Under the pieces are notes generated by a model. The model was given only the letters and a program-made list of their open reading frames with translations. It was not told where the DNA came from and searched no databases. DNA of 64,000 bases. It comes from Patescibacteria group bacterium. GTDB taxonomy: Bacteria; Patescibacteriota; Patescibacteriia; Patescibacteriales; WJLG01. The position numbers were made by a program, and so were the translations under genes. Positions 27,081-36,766 of the stretch are shown piece by piece (the stretch's first letter is position 1; each line of letters begins with the position of its first letter). The stretch spans positions 1,551 through 65,550 of the forward strand of contig JAQTUZ010000001.1 in the NCBI GenBank assembly GCA_028707065.1. Reading direction: 5' to 3'.

Positions 27081-27941
27081 CTACTCAAAGATGATACTGC
27101 CCATCTCCCGGGGCACGTTCACTCCGCTTTCCTTCCGGCTTGGAGAAAAGACATTATTGGGGTGAAAACCATAGTCATCATTATAGGTCGCCGGCTTTTT
27201 GTTGTAGTTAAGGTAATCAAGATTAAACTTCATCGGCTGATGATTATTGATCTTGGCGATCAGCAGCTTGCGGACATCGCCCCGCTCGAGTTTCAAACTG
27301 TCGGCTCTTTTAAAAGCGGCCAGCGAAATGCGCGTTTGGCATTTCCAGGAACGATTCGCCGTCCAAGTGGCAACCGCAATATCGCCGGAAGAAATTAATC
27401 CGTCATTCCGATATCCGGGCAAATGATCAACCCATTTTCCCGTGGCCTTAGCCGGTATTTCCAGCTGGAAAAAACTGTGGTAGGGGTGAGACAGCAGGCT
27501 GTGAAAATCCATTCTCGCATCGAAATTATCCCCGGCAAAAAATAGTTCAAGGCAATCGCCGTCGTAAGGCGATCCATAAGAAGACGCCACGATATCGTCA
27601 TCTTTGATATCCGCCGCCACATACCAAAACGAATCGTCATAGGCCATGTAAACCTTGATCTCGATCTGATTGCGCTTTAACGATGCTGGCAGGCGGCCCC
27701 TGACATTCTTCCACTGGCTAATTTTGGCGTTAGCGCTATCAACCGCGAAAACAAGATATGACGCATCCCAATCTTTAAGCAAACTGTCATTGGCGGCGAT
27801 GCATTTGCCGGCCGGTAAATGTTTGACCTTAAAAATAACCGGCGAACTTACTTCTTTATTGACTGAACAAGACAGCAAGCTGACCACCATTAACACTAAT
27901 CCTGAAAGACTGGCGAATCGAACCGATCTTTGAGCAAGCAT
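27081..27941 (-). CDS. Secreted or lipoprotein hypothetical (possible carbohydrate-binding/DOMON-like fold)
   Basis: Signal peptide with a lipobox-like LLSC, 286 aa; the domain call is weak. Confidence 0.5.
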   Translation of the reverse strand: MLAQRSVRFASLSGLVLMVVSLLSCSVNKEVSSPVIFKVKHLPAGKCIAANDSLLKDWDASYLVFAVDSANAKISQWKNVRGRLPASLKRNQIEIKVYMAYDDSFWYVAADIKDDDIVASSYGSPYDGDCLELFFAGDNFDARMDFHSLLSHPYHSFFQLEIPAKATGKWVDHLPGYRNDGLISSGDIAVATWTANRSWKCQTRISLAAFKRADSLKLERGDVRKLLIAKINNHQPMKFNLDYLNYNKKPATYNDDYGFHPNNVFSPSRKESGVNVPREMGSIIFE

Positions 27942-28083
27942 ACAAAACTCCTTTGTTAAAGAACCGGGAAAAAATAAGCGCGATTATCCGATAAAAGATT
28001 AATGCTTTAGGTTAATTTTGTCAAATAAAAAGGCCCGCGGTTGATCTGCCGCGGGGCCTGAGTTTTCGTTAATTGCTATTGGG

Positions 28084-28437
28084 TCATTCCTCGCCAATTG
28101 GCACAGTGAAAGAACGTTTTTTTTCTTTGGGCTTGGGGGGATTCCCGCAAATTAAAAGGGTGAATAGTTTCTCGTCATGCACTTGATGTTCGTCGAGTTC
28201 AGTAAATACCCCGTATTTGTGCCAAATTTTTAGTCTGACTTCCTTGGGCGTGATTTTTCTGTTGCCAAATAAACCACAATAAGCTTCGGCCGGACCGGAA
28301 TATTCTTTCCAGCGGCGAACGCCATGCCCGTCGGCAAAAATATGAATTTTTTTTTCATCGACCCTGACGCATATTTGATCAGTCAAGAGCAGGATGTCAG
28401 GGGCGACCTGCTTCTTGATTTCGATGACTTCGGGCAT
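28084..28437 (-). CDS. Hypothetical protein
   Basis: The start at 28437 (MPEVIEIKK) has an AAGGAGG SD 6 nt upstream; the longer ORF-track start absorbs that SD. Confidence 0.45.
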   Translation of the reverse strand: MPEVIEIKKQVAPDILLLTDQICVRVDEKKIHIFADGHGVRRWKEYSGPAEAYCGLFGNRKITPKEVRLKIWHKYGVFTELDEHQVHDEKLFTLLICGNPPKPKEKKRSFTVPIGEE

Positions 28438-28575
28438 CTCTTCCTCCTTAGTTGAGTTGAAGAACGGCTGTCCGCGATAGCCGCAAAACACGTTTATTAT
28501 TTTAAAAACGCCCCAAAGTGGGCGCTTGCTTACTTCAATCTATCAATAATATCTTATCTCGTCAAGACCGACCGA

Positions 28576-29577
28576 TTAAATCAATTTGTTTTCTTGATAA
28601 AATTTGATCGCTTTGGCCATGCTATCTTTAAAATCAACTTTCGGCCGCCAACCCAATTCAGTTCTTGCCTTGGTTGAATCAAAATAGCGGAATTTAAAAG
28701 TGAAATTCAGAGCCGAGGGAGAAAGCACGGGCTTTTTTTTAAAAACCAACAAGACCTTTTCCCAAAAATTCAAAAATAATTTTGCCGGAGCCAAAATCCA
28801 TTTTGGCGTCAACCGCTTAATCGGCTGGGAGCCCAAAAGTTTCGCGATCCGGCCGAACATCTCCTTATAAGCGATAAATTCATCGGCAAAAATATAATTT
28901 TCTCCCGGCCGGCCATTGGCCATAACTAAAAGATGCGCATCCACCACATCATCGACCGAAACGACCGCGTTGCCGCCCGGCGGGGCAAACCGCAATTTAT
29001 TTTCTTTTATTTTTTTAACTACTTTTCCCACGTGCATTTGCAAATCGCCCTGGCCATAGATCGTCGTCGGCGAGACAACCGAAACATCCAATCCTTCGCT
29101 GGCAAACTTTTTACAAAGCTCGATCGTTAAGTGTTTGGAATACATATACATCACCTTTTGATATTTTTTAAAATCAAAGGGCGCGCTTTCATCCAACGGC
29201 CTGGTTTTGTCTTCCGGAATGCCGATACCGGCGGTGGAAGCGGTCACGACGACCTTCTTAACGCCCAGTTCGCGCGCGGTTTCCAAAACATTCTTCACGC
29301 CATCAACGTGCGTAGTATACATATCCTTGTTATCCAGCAAATTATAAGACACCACCCCGGCCACCTGATAAACAAAATCACAACCCTTCATGGCCGCGAG
29401 CACCTCCTGCTTATTCCTGATATCGCCGTAAAAAACATTAAGCTTCAGGCCGTCAAGAAACGGATGCCAAGTGCCGGGTTTGATTAAAATATTGATATTG
29501 TGTTTTCCCCCGGCAAGCCTTTTGGTCAGGTTTGAACCGACACAGCCGGCCGCTCCGGTGATTAAAATGTTGCTCAT
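28576..29577 (-). CDS. NAD-dependent epimerase/dehydratase (SDR family)
   Basis: TGAAGCVGSNL Rossmann motif, 333 aa. Confidence 0.8.
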   Translation of the reverse strand: MSNILITGAAGCVGSNLTKRLAGGKHNINILIKPGTWHPFLDGLKLNVFYGDIRNKQEVLAAMKGCDFVYQVAGVVSYNLLDNKDMYTTHVDGVKNVLETARELGVKKVVVTASTAGIGIPEDKTRPLDESAPFDFKKYQKVMYMYSKHLTIELCKKFASEGLDVSVVSPTTIYGQGDLQMHVGKVVKKIKENKLRFAPPGGNAVVSVDDVVDAHLLVMANGRPGENYIFADEFIAYKEMFGRIAKLLGSQPIKRLTPKWILAPAKLFLNFWEKVLLVFKKKPVLSPSALNFTFKFRYFDSTKARTELGWRPKVDFKDSMAKAIKFYQENKLI

Positions 29578-30536
29578 TTTATTGAATTTATCGCGTCTTT
29601 TATGGTTTGAGACAAGTTGTATTTTGGCGCCCAGCCAAGCTGCCTGATTTTTTCCGAACTGTGAACCCGTTCTTTAAATGACATAAAAACATTTTCATAA
29701 GTTAGGGGAGAATTTTTAAATAGCCTTTCGGAAAATAAGGCTGCCGCCGAGGCAAGGGGCGCCATAAATTTCGGCGCGGTAAAAACCGGCGGCCTTGAAT
29801 TCAATTCTTTGGCGATGACCGAATTCAATTCTTTAAAAGAAAAATTTTCCGAAGCAACGATGAAGCTCTCGTTCTTAATGTCTTTGTCCAAAAGCAAGAT
29901 AATCGCGCTCACGAGATCGCGCACGTCAACATACGAATTTCTTCCCGGAGGATTGAAGGGCAATTTTTTATCTTTTACCGCGTCGATCAATTGCCGGGTA
30001 TTTTTCTTATCTCCCGGGCCGAGAACCAGGGGTGAATAGATTATTATCTGTCCGACTTGGCCTTTTTTTATTTCCGAATCAGCCAAAGACTTGGAATGAG
30101 AATAGACGCACCTTTTATTATCAGCCCAATCAAAGCAAAAATTTTCATCGATGATTTTATCTGAAAATCCCAGCGCGGCAGTCGAACTTAAATGGATCAA
30201 TTTTTTAACTGAATTATTTTCGCAGGCCCGCAAAACATTCAGCGCCCCCTGGCAATTATTTTTTTCCAATTCTTCCTTGTCTTTCTGCCGGAAAGAAACA
30301 AGTCCGCCAAGATTGACGACCATGCCGATATCTTTGAAATATTTTCCCAGCGCCGGATAATCCAAAATATCAACATTATAAAAAATCTTAACGCCGGGTA
30401 TTCGCTCAATATCGATATATTCGCCATATCTTCTTTTCCTGCAAATCACCGAAATATCATAACCTCTTGTTTGCAATTCTTCAATCAGATGCTGTCCGAT
30501 AAATCCAGTTCCGCCGACAATCAAAATTTTTGTCAT
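29574..30536 (-). CDS. NAD-dependent epimerase/dehydratase (SDR family), second tandem copy
   Basis: VGGTGFIGQHL motif; 4-nt overlap with the downstream gene (operon). Confidence 0.8.
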   Translation of the reverse strand: MTKILIVGGTGFIGQHLIEELQTRGYDISVICRKRRYGEYIDIERIPGVKIFYNVDILDYPALGKYFKDIGMVVNLGGLVSFRQKDKEELEKNNCQGALNVLRACENNSVKKLIHLSSTAALGFSDKIIDENFCFDWADNKRCVYSHSKSLADSEIKKGQVGQIIIYSPLVLGPGDKKNTRQLIDAVKDKKLPFNPPGRNSYVDVRDLVSAIILLLDKDIKNESFIVASENFSFKELNSVIAKELNSRPPVFTAPKFMAPLASAAALFSERLFKNSPLTYENVFMSFKERVHSSEKIRQLGWAPKYNLSQTIKDAINSIK

Positions 30537-30576
30537 ATTATTGCTGTTATCCGCCCTTTTACCCTTATTCCAACGG

Positions 30577-31269
30577 CTATTTCGTCAAAACCAAATAATA
30601 ATTAAAATTGTCCTTAAATATTTTTTTAATCTTGAGGCCGGATTTTTTTACCAATTTTTTCAATTCACCCCGATAAAAGACATGGTAGTAGCGCTTGCTC
30701 ATCTGGCTATTGGGCGCGCGCCAATCAAACAAAACATCATTCCAGTCCATTTTATTCTTGCCGAAAATTTTTAAGAGCGAAAATTTATAGATCATCTTCC
30801 GATATTTTTCCAGCGGCCACATATTCCAGACGGTCAGAATTATTTTCCCGCCGACTTTTATCTTGTTTTTTAATTGCTTCAAGGCTTGCACGCGCAGATC
30901 TTTTCCCGGCAGATGTTGCAAGACGGCGATGCAAAAGACATAATCAAAATCATAATCAGGCAATTCTCCCAGATTCAAAATATCCTCGACCGCGAATTTA
31001 TATTCCGGATATTTATCTTGGCAAATTTTTATCAAGCTTTCACTTTGATCTACGCCGATATACTTAGCGTGTCTTTCTGTTAAAATTTTTAATGTTCTTC
31101 CGTTGCCGCAGCCCACATCCAAAACTTTTACTCCTAGCTCCACTTTGTTGAGAAAATCCGAAAGCGGCGGCAAAATAAACTTCTCCCGCGTCTCGTCAAA
31201 GGTCCGAGCGTCATCTTCGTAATTCTTGCGCACGATCCTCAATAATTCCTTCTGCGTGTCTTTATTCAT
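30577..31269 (-). CDS. Class I SAM-dependent methyltransferase
   Basis: VLDVGCGNG motif, 230 aa. Confidence 0.7.
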   Translation of the reverse strand: MNKDTQKELLRIVRKNYEDDARTFDETREKFILPPLSDFLNKVELGVKVLDVGCGNGRTLKILTERHAKYIGVDQSESLIKICQDKYPEYKFAVEDILNLGELPDYDFDYVFCIAVLQHLPGKDLRVQALKQLKNKIKVGGKIILTVWNMWPLEKYRKMIYKFSLLKIFGKNKMDWNDVLFDWRAPNSQMSKRYYHVFYRGELKKLVKKSGLKIKKIFKDNFNYYLVLTK

Positions 31270-31295
31270 AATTTCAGATTATCAAAACCCCGCCC

Positions 31296-31437
31296 TTTTG
31301 TCATCCCGCCCCATTGTCATTGCGAGCGCCGCGCGAAGCAATCTCGCCCCTGGCGGAAAAACACTTCGCTATCGCGAGACGCGGGATTGCTTCGTCGTCC
31401 GCCCAAGGCGGACTCCTCGCAATGACAAAAATAAAAG
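31296..31437. repeat. Repeat family 4, variant copy: TIR element TGTCATTGCGAGCGCCGCGCGAAGCAATC ... GATTGCTTCGTC..CTCGCAATGACA
   Basis: Same architecture as the TGTCATCCTGAGCG copies, but with compensatory substitutions in both stem halves. Confidence 0.75.
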
Positions 31438-31489
31438 GCCCCGACACATTTCTGCGCGAGGCCAAGAACAAACAAACAATTTTCTCAGG

Positions 31490-32152
31490 TCACGTTGTAA
31501 TTGCTGCCAGGCAGTTAGCGTTTAAGGCGCAGGCGACAAAGCTGTAGGACCATTCCCGCCGTGAACCGGCCCAGTGGAAGCAACGGACATAGAGGTTGCC
31601 GCCAGTCTTGCAATAAATGGTGCCCCAGAAAAAAATCCATGCTTCATTTTTGAATTCTTCCGTAATAAATTCGGGGAATTCCACCAAGGCATCAAGAATA
31701 TTCGCATTAAGTACTGATTTGTTAGCAAGCTCTTTACGAATCTCGAATCCCTTAATCGTTTTGCCGATTTGCTGACGGTCAGAACGAAAAAAAATGACTT
31801 TCCGGCCATCAAGATACAATCCGTCCGGCCTTTTTTCCAAAACAGCCAGGCCCCTTCCTGAATGCGATTCGATCCCGTAACCTTCTTTAACCGGCTTCGG
31901 CGTCAAGCCTAAATTGACGATCAGCGTCGTATCATTAATCTTCCTGACCAACGGCTGTATGGCAATATATTCATCGCCGAGCGTTTGCAGGAATTTAATG
32001 AAACTTTCCTTCCCTTCGCCCATGAGCCAAGGAATTATTTCCAGCCCGATTTTCATCTGGCTGAAAGTTTCCCTGATGAGCGAGAACAAACTGATGACGT
32101 TCGACATGAGCTTGCCCAAATCCGCCCAATCCAACGACCGTTTCGCTGACAT
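31490..32152 (-). CDS. Hypothetical protein
   Basis: 220-aa ORF with no recognisable motifs. Confidence 0.4.
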   Translation of the reverse strand: MSAKRSLDWADLGKLMSNVISLFSLIRETFSQMKIGLEIIPWLMGEGKESFIKFLQTLGDEYIAIQPLVRKINDTTLIVNLGLTPKPVKEGYGIESHSGRGLAVLEKRPDGLYLDGRKVIFFRSDRQQIGKTIKGFEIRKELANKSVLNANILDALVEFPEFITEEFKNEAWIFFWGTIYCKTGGNLYVRCFHWAGSRREWSYSFVACALNANCLAAITT

Positions 32153-32313
32153 ACATCCTCCTTTGCCGCCTCATTGCCAAAATCCGCCCAAAGCGGACCG
32201 GCGCCGACTTAGCATTGGTTAAGGTTGAAAAAGTGCCTTTTTGCGGTCATTTAACCGCAAAAAACATAACCCGATATTAGCACAAAATTATTTTCCTGTC
32301 AACCTCACCTCAT

Positions 32314-32494
32314 TTGTCATCCTGAGCGCCGCGCGAAGGATCTATTATAGGAGATGCTTCTAAAAACATCAGCAAACATTAGAACGAACAAGTAAAAAAT
32401 ATCATCGATAAAAAAATTGGCAGTAGTAATTCAAGTTTTGCCTAGAATAGATCCTTCGTCGTCAGCCGAGGCGGCCTCCTCCTCAGGATGACAA
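32314..32494. mobile_element. Repeat family 4, copy 1: 181-bp MITE-like element with ~30-bp TIRs (TTGTCATCCTGAGCGCCGCGCGAAGGATCTATT / AATAGATCCTTCG..CTCAGGATGACAA)
   Basis: Near-perfect terminal inverted repeats with an AT-rich core; lies immediately downstream of the recQ stop. Confidence 0.8.
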
Positions 32495-32508
32495 AAAAAT
32501 GTTGTCTG

Positions 32509-34755
32509 CTACTTGTTACCTGATACCTGTTTGAATTTCGCCCGCGCAATTTTAATTTCTTCCCAAGAATAATCATCGCCAAGTTCGTCTTTGATCGGCG
32601 TCAGTTTTTCAAAGCCGACTTTTTTAATGGCGGCGAAAATCTTGTCCTGTTTTTTAGAACTCACCAATTTATCGATGTCTTTTATCAAGCCTTTTTCAAT
32701 TAAAAATACTAAGTGGTTATAAATCGTTTCAACGGTGAAGCCGCGCGCGCCGGCGATCCCGGCCGGATTGTAATTCTTGTTGAACAATTCCAAAGTTTCC
32801 AATTGCGTCAATTTGGTATTCAAAGTTTTCTTCTCCACCTTTATTTCTCCAAAATCCACCTTTAACACACCCCGGCGCTCCGAGACGTCGCGCCACCCCT
32901 CTCGAGAGGGGACTTTTTTAAAATCTTTTCGTGCGTAGCGATTCCCCTCTGGAGAGGGGTGGCTCGCGCCTCGCGAGACGGGGTGTGTGACGTCCGAAGC
33001 TCCGCCCAAACAATTATCGCACTTGCCGCAGTGTTCAACGTCGTATTCGCCGAAGTAATTCAGAATATATTCCGGACGGCAACTGAAATGATAGACATAA
33101 TCTTCCATCTCGTCTAATTTACTGTAAGCCCGGGCGGCTTTTTCGCGCATCGCCGAAAAATCTATCTTGACTTCGGATCGCGGAACGCGTTTCAAAATTT
33201 GGATTTCCGTACCGCGCTTAGGCGGATTATATTCGACCAGCTCGGCTTTTTTCCAGGCATTAATCGAGCGCACCAAAGCTTCGCGGCCGACTTCGATAGT
33301 TCCGGCCACTTCATCCAGATCAAATTCCCAGCCCTCGAACAACTCGGTGGCAAACCGCGCGTTCAATTTATTCAAGATTTCCACCTGCTTCTTGGCTTGT
33401 TTGGAAACAAAATCCAAAGTCGTCTGATGATTATTGATCATCCTTAAAAATGCCGGCGAAGTTTTTTCGCTCGAGCGGGCGATATAACCTTCTTTTTCCA
33501 GAATTTTCAAACAGGTGCCGACGGCCATGTCCGGGACTTTGTCCGACAAATTTTCCATCAGCTCGGCATAAGTCGTAAAAATCCGGTCGGTTTCATAGTT
33601 AGTCAAAACTTCGTAAATTTCCAGAACTGTTTCCGGCGCCGGGTTATCGCCCTTGATAAAAAATTCCCGCAAGAACCGATCCTTGGGCGCAAAAAATAAA
33701 AGACAAAGCGAAGGCGCGCCATCGCGACCGGCCCGGCCGGCCTCCTGATAATAGGCCTCGATCGTCCCCGGCATATCGTGATGAATCACGAAGCGCACGT
33801 CTTTTTTATCAATCCCTAAGCCGAAAGCGTTGGTGGCAACGATTATTTTAGTTTTGCCTTTCAGAAAATTTTCCTGCGTCCAAGAACGGCTTTCCGGATC
33901 CATCCCGGCGTGATAAAAAACCGCTTCCAAACCGCGCTCTAGTAATACGTCGGTAACTTCTTCAGCTTTGGCGCGCGTGCCGGTGTAAATTATCCCACAG
34001 CCTTCGACGCTTTCGGCCGCGTCAGCGATCAGCGATAATTTTTGCGCGTCCGGCGCTTTGATCACGCCGAATTGCAGATTCGGCCGGGTAAAGCCGGTGA
34101 TTATTTTTTTCACCCCAGTCATATTTAGCTGCTTCACAATATCCTCTTTTACTTCAGGTGTAGCTGTAGCTGTAAGCGCAACTATGGGAGGGTGACCGCA
34201 AAGTTCGATCGCTCTGCCCAATCTCATATAGCTGGGCCGGAAATCATGACCCCATTGCGAAATGCAATGCGCTTCGTCCACTGCGAATAATTTCACTTTC
34301 AACTGAGCAAGCTGTGAAACAAATTCATCATTATAAAATCTTTCCGGTGCGATATATAAAAGTTTATAAAATTCTTTTTTGACCAACTCCAACCTCTCTT
34401 TGGCCTCGTCGGGCGAGATCGAAGAATTGATGAAAGTCGCGGGCACGCCGATCTTATTCATCGAATCAACCTGATCTTTCATCAAGGCGATCAGCGGCGA
34501 AACCACGATTGCCACGCCGTCCAATACCAAAGCCGGCAATTGAAAAATCAAAGACTTGCCGCCGCCGGTCGGCATCACGACTAAAACGTCTTTGCCGTCC
34601 AAGATGGCGTCGATCGCTTCTTCCTGCCCGGGCCTAAATTTATCAAAACCATAATGGATTTTGAGCAATTCGACCGCCTGCTTCTTTTTTTGACTGGCTC
34701 CGGCAGAGTCTCGCGTAGCGGACTCTGCCGTTAAATTCGTATTTTCGGTATTCAT
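32509..34755 (-). CDS. recQ: ATP-dependent DNA helicase RecQ family with in-frame repeat-element insertions
   Basis: Helicase motifs (VVMPTGGGKS, DEAH) and a zinc-binding CGKCDNC. Family-7 elements at 32862..32911 and 32944..32989 and a family-2 hairpin at 34694..34729 are in-frame without stop codons. The true N-terminus is uncertain. Confidence 0.85.
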   Translation of the reverse strand: MNTENTNLTAESATRDSAGASQKKKQAVELLKIHYGFDKFRPGQEEAIDAILDGKDVLVVMPTGGGKSLIFQLPALVLDGVAIVVSPLIALMKDQVDSMNKIGVPATFINSSISPDEAKERLELVKKEFYKLLYIAPERFYNDEFVSQLAQLKVKLFAVDEAHCISQWGHDFRPSYMRLGRAIELCGHPPIVALTATATPEVKEDIVKQLNMTGVKKIITGFTRPNLQFGVIKAPDAQKLSLIADAAESVEGCGIIYTGTRAKAEEVTDVLLERGLEAVFYHAGMDPESRSWTQENFLKGKTKIIVATNAFGLGIDKKDVRFVIHHDMPGTIEAYYQEAGRAGRDGAPSLCLLFFAPKDRFLREFFIKGDNPAPETVLEIYEVLTNYETDRIFTTYAELMENLSDKVPDMAVGTCLKILEKEGYIARSSEKTSPAFLRMINNHQTTLDFVSKQAKKQVEILNKLNARFATELFEGWEFDLDEVAGTIEVGREALVRSINAWKKAELVEYNPPKRGTEIQILKRVPRSEVKIDFSAMREKAARAYSKLDEMEDYVYHFSCRPEYILNYFGEYDVEHCGKCDNCLGGASDVTHPVSRGASHPSPEGNRYARKDFKKVPSREGWRDVSERRGVLKVDFGEIKVEKKTLNTKLTQLETLELFNKNYNPAGIAGARGFTVETIYNHLVFLIEKGLIKDIDKLVSSKKQDKIFAAIKKVGFEKLTPIKDELGDDYSWEEIKIARAKFKQVSGNK
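32862..32989. repeat. Repeat family 7, copies ii and iii (inverted relative to each other) inside recQ coding sequence
   Basis: TTAACACACCCCG..CCACCCCTCTCGAGAGGGGA at 32862..32911 and its reverse-orientation relative at 32944..32989. They encode KKVPSREGWRDVSERRGVLK and DVTHPVSRGASHPSPEGN in the RecQ frame. Confidence 0.8.
34694..34729. repeat. Repeat family 2, copy c (37-bp hairpin) within the annotated recQ N-terminus
   Basis: CTGGCTCCGGCAGAGTCTCGCGTAGCGGACTCTGCC. Confidence 0.8.
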
Positions 34756-34828
34756 CTAATTCATCTTATAAAAAATACCGGCTATGCGCAAGCCGGGAAA
34801 TGTTTCATAAAAATAAGTGGTTCTTGTT

Positions 34829-34980
34829 TTGTCATCCTGCCTGCCCGGCCAGGGAGCGCGTCGCGAAGGATCTATTACACGCGAAGCGCGAACATCGTTG
34901 ACAAAAATTTTTATCGTATTGATATGGGCCTCATGAGTAATAGATCCTTCACTCCGCTCCGCTGCGTTCAGGATGACAAA
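34829..34980. mobile_element. Repeat family 4, copy 2 (152 bp) between recQ and the GIY-YIG gene
   Basis: TIRs TTGTCATCCTG..CGAAGGATCTATTA / TAATAGATCCTTC..CAGGATGACAA; the right TIR supplies the last codons of the GIY-YIG ORF. Confidence 0.8.
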
Positions 34981-35221
34981 AAATTTTTGCCAATTTTAAC
35001 TTTTCCGCTCTGGATAATTTCTTAATTTTACTTTCCGCCTTAGCCGCCGCGGACCGGTTGCGGAATTTTTTGGAGTAAACGATTTTCACCGGCCTTCTGG
35101 CGCGGGTATATTTCGCGCCCTTTTTCGATTCGTTATGCTCCTTAACTCGCCGCGCCAAATCAACCGTGATCCCGGTATATAAAGTCTGATCCGCGCATTT
35201 TAAGATATAAAGATAGTACAT
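34949..35221 (-). CDS. GIY-YIG nuclease domain protein (small, UPF0213-like)
   Basis: YYLYILKC..LYTGIT..L..R..EHN GIY-YIG motif, 90 aa; the C-terminal ~11 aa are encoded by the repeat TIR. Confidence 0.6.
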   Translation of the reverse strand: MYYLYILKCADQTLYTGITVDLARRVKEHNESKKGAKYTRARRPVKIVYSKKFRNRSAAAKAESKIKKLSRAEKLKLAKIFCHPERSGAE

Positions 35222-35299
35222 GAATTTATTATCGCACTTTTAAACAAAAAAAGGCAGACGCTCTGGTCTGCCGTTACTTAATGAAAAGGCGGATTTGTT

Positions 35300-35656
35300 T
35301 CAGGCCAAGGGACTGTCCTTGCCGAGACTCGCGATTATTTCCGCCGCCTCGTCCACCAATGGCCGTAAACTTTCGTCATGGGTAAAGACCAGCAGCCTGG
35401 TTCCGCGCTGAGCGCCCAAGGCGGATAATTCCAAGACATTAATAGCGTCAGCTTCGGCGCCGGTATCGGTCCGACAGACGGTTATTTTTCCCGGCTCGAC
35501 TTTTTTCTCCCGCATCCTGGCGGCAATGACCATGCAGGCCAGCTCTCCCAGCCCGCTCTTCGCCGAGACATCGCAAAATTCTTCGTACGTCGGTAATTTC
35601 CCTCTAATATTGGTTTTCCCGATCTTTTTTAAAGTCATTTTGCCCTCCCGTAGCAT
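35300..35656 (-). CDS. Hypothetical protein
   Basis: 118-aa ORF with no confident motif. Confidence 0.4.
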   Translation of the reverse strand: MLREGKMTLKKIGKTNIRGKLPTYEEFCDVSAKSGLGELACMVIAARMREKKVEPGKITVCRTDTGAEADAINVLELSALGAQRGTRLLVFTHDESLRPLVDEAAEIIASLGKDSPLA

Positions 35657-35710
35657 TAAAAAGATCCTGAATGTTCGGCCTCCAGAATCACTTTGCGCCT
35701 TTATACAAAA

Positions 35711-36589
35711 TTAGTCAACTTTTCTGCTCTTCCAGATTTCCACGGTATTTTTGAGCGCCGCGGCAATAGTTATCGGCCCGACTCCGCCCGGCACCGGCGT
35801 GAGATAACCGGCTTGGTCCTTGACGCTTGCGGCGTTCACATCGCCGCGAACTTTATCATCTTCTTTGCTGATGCCAATATCAATAATCACCGCGTCTTTT
35901 TTTATCATCTCGCCGGTTATCAAATCAGGTTGGCCCACCGCCGTAACCAAAATATCCGCCTTAGCCGTTTGCTCGGCCAAATCTCCATCGGCAGGCGTTA
36001 CGATTTTTGTCAGCGCGCCGTGCAATTCCAAAATTTTGGCGAGCGCCAGGCCGAATATTTCCGAATTGACCACAATGCAAGCCGACCTACCTTCGGGATT
36101 AAATTTTATTTCTTCAAAAATTTCCAAGATCACCTGGCAGACCGGCGGCAAAATTTCCTCGTCGCCCGCCATTAATTTTTTCAAATTCTCCGGATGAAAA
36201 CGATCCACATCCTTGGCCGGATCCATTAAAGCGATTATTTTATCCGTGTTGAAATTATCCGGCAGCGGCAATTGCAATAAAATTCCGTCCGTCGCCGTAT
36301 CATTATTCAAAAACTTGATCATTTCTTCCAGCTCGGCTTCAGCCGCATTGGCCGGCAATTTATAGAGCGTCGTATCCACGCCGACTTTTTTCGCCTCTTT
36401 TTCTTTGAGCGAAACATAAAGCTGCGAATCCGGCCGGTCGCCAACTAAAATAATTGCGAGCATCGGGCGCTTGGGCGCGCAAATATCGTTCTGATTGCGC
36501 AACAAAATCTCGGCGACAATCTCGTCCTTGATCTTATCGGCTATTTTTTTTCCATCGATAATTTTCACGTAACATGGAGCACACAACAC
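35711..36589 (-). CDS. folD: Bifunctional methylenetetrahydrofolate dehydrogenase/cyclohydrolase
   Basis: Full-length FolD similarity (ILVGD.PDSQLYV, GGVGP.T). Confidence 0.85.
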   Translation of the reverse strand: MLCAPCYVKIIDGKKIADKIKDEIVAEILLRNQNDICAPKRPMLAIILVGDRPDSQLYVSLKEKEAKKVGVDTTLYKLPANAAEAELEEMIKFLNNDTATDGILLQLPLPDNFNTDKIIALMDPAKDVDRFHPENLKKLMAGDEEILPPVCQVILEIFEEIKFNPEGRSACIVVNSEIFGLALAKILELHGALTKIVTPADGDLAEQTAKADILVTAVGQPDLITGEMIKKDAVIIDIGISKEDDKVRGDVNAASVKDQAGYLTPVPGGVGPITIAAALKNTVEIWKSRKVD

Positions 36590-36766
36590 GTAACAAATCT
36601 TAAAAAATTCGTTACCTGCTACGGGCTATTAATTAGTTCTAGTAGAATCTCTGCCGGCGATCTCCGCTAAGGTTGCCGTTATATTTGAATTTGACGGTGC
36701 AAATAATCGGGTATATATTATAGTGTTGCGGGTCCGAAATTTTTTCACTTTTTCAGGGAGGTACTG

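Noticed and set aside
31314-31547. ORFs 31226..31525 and 31314..31547 (+)
   Set aside because: They run through the family-4 variant element and its GC-rich stems and have no start signals. They are repeat-induced open frames.
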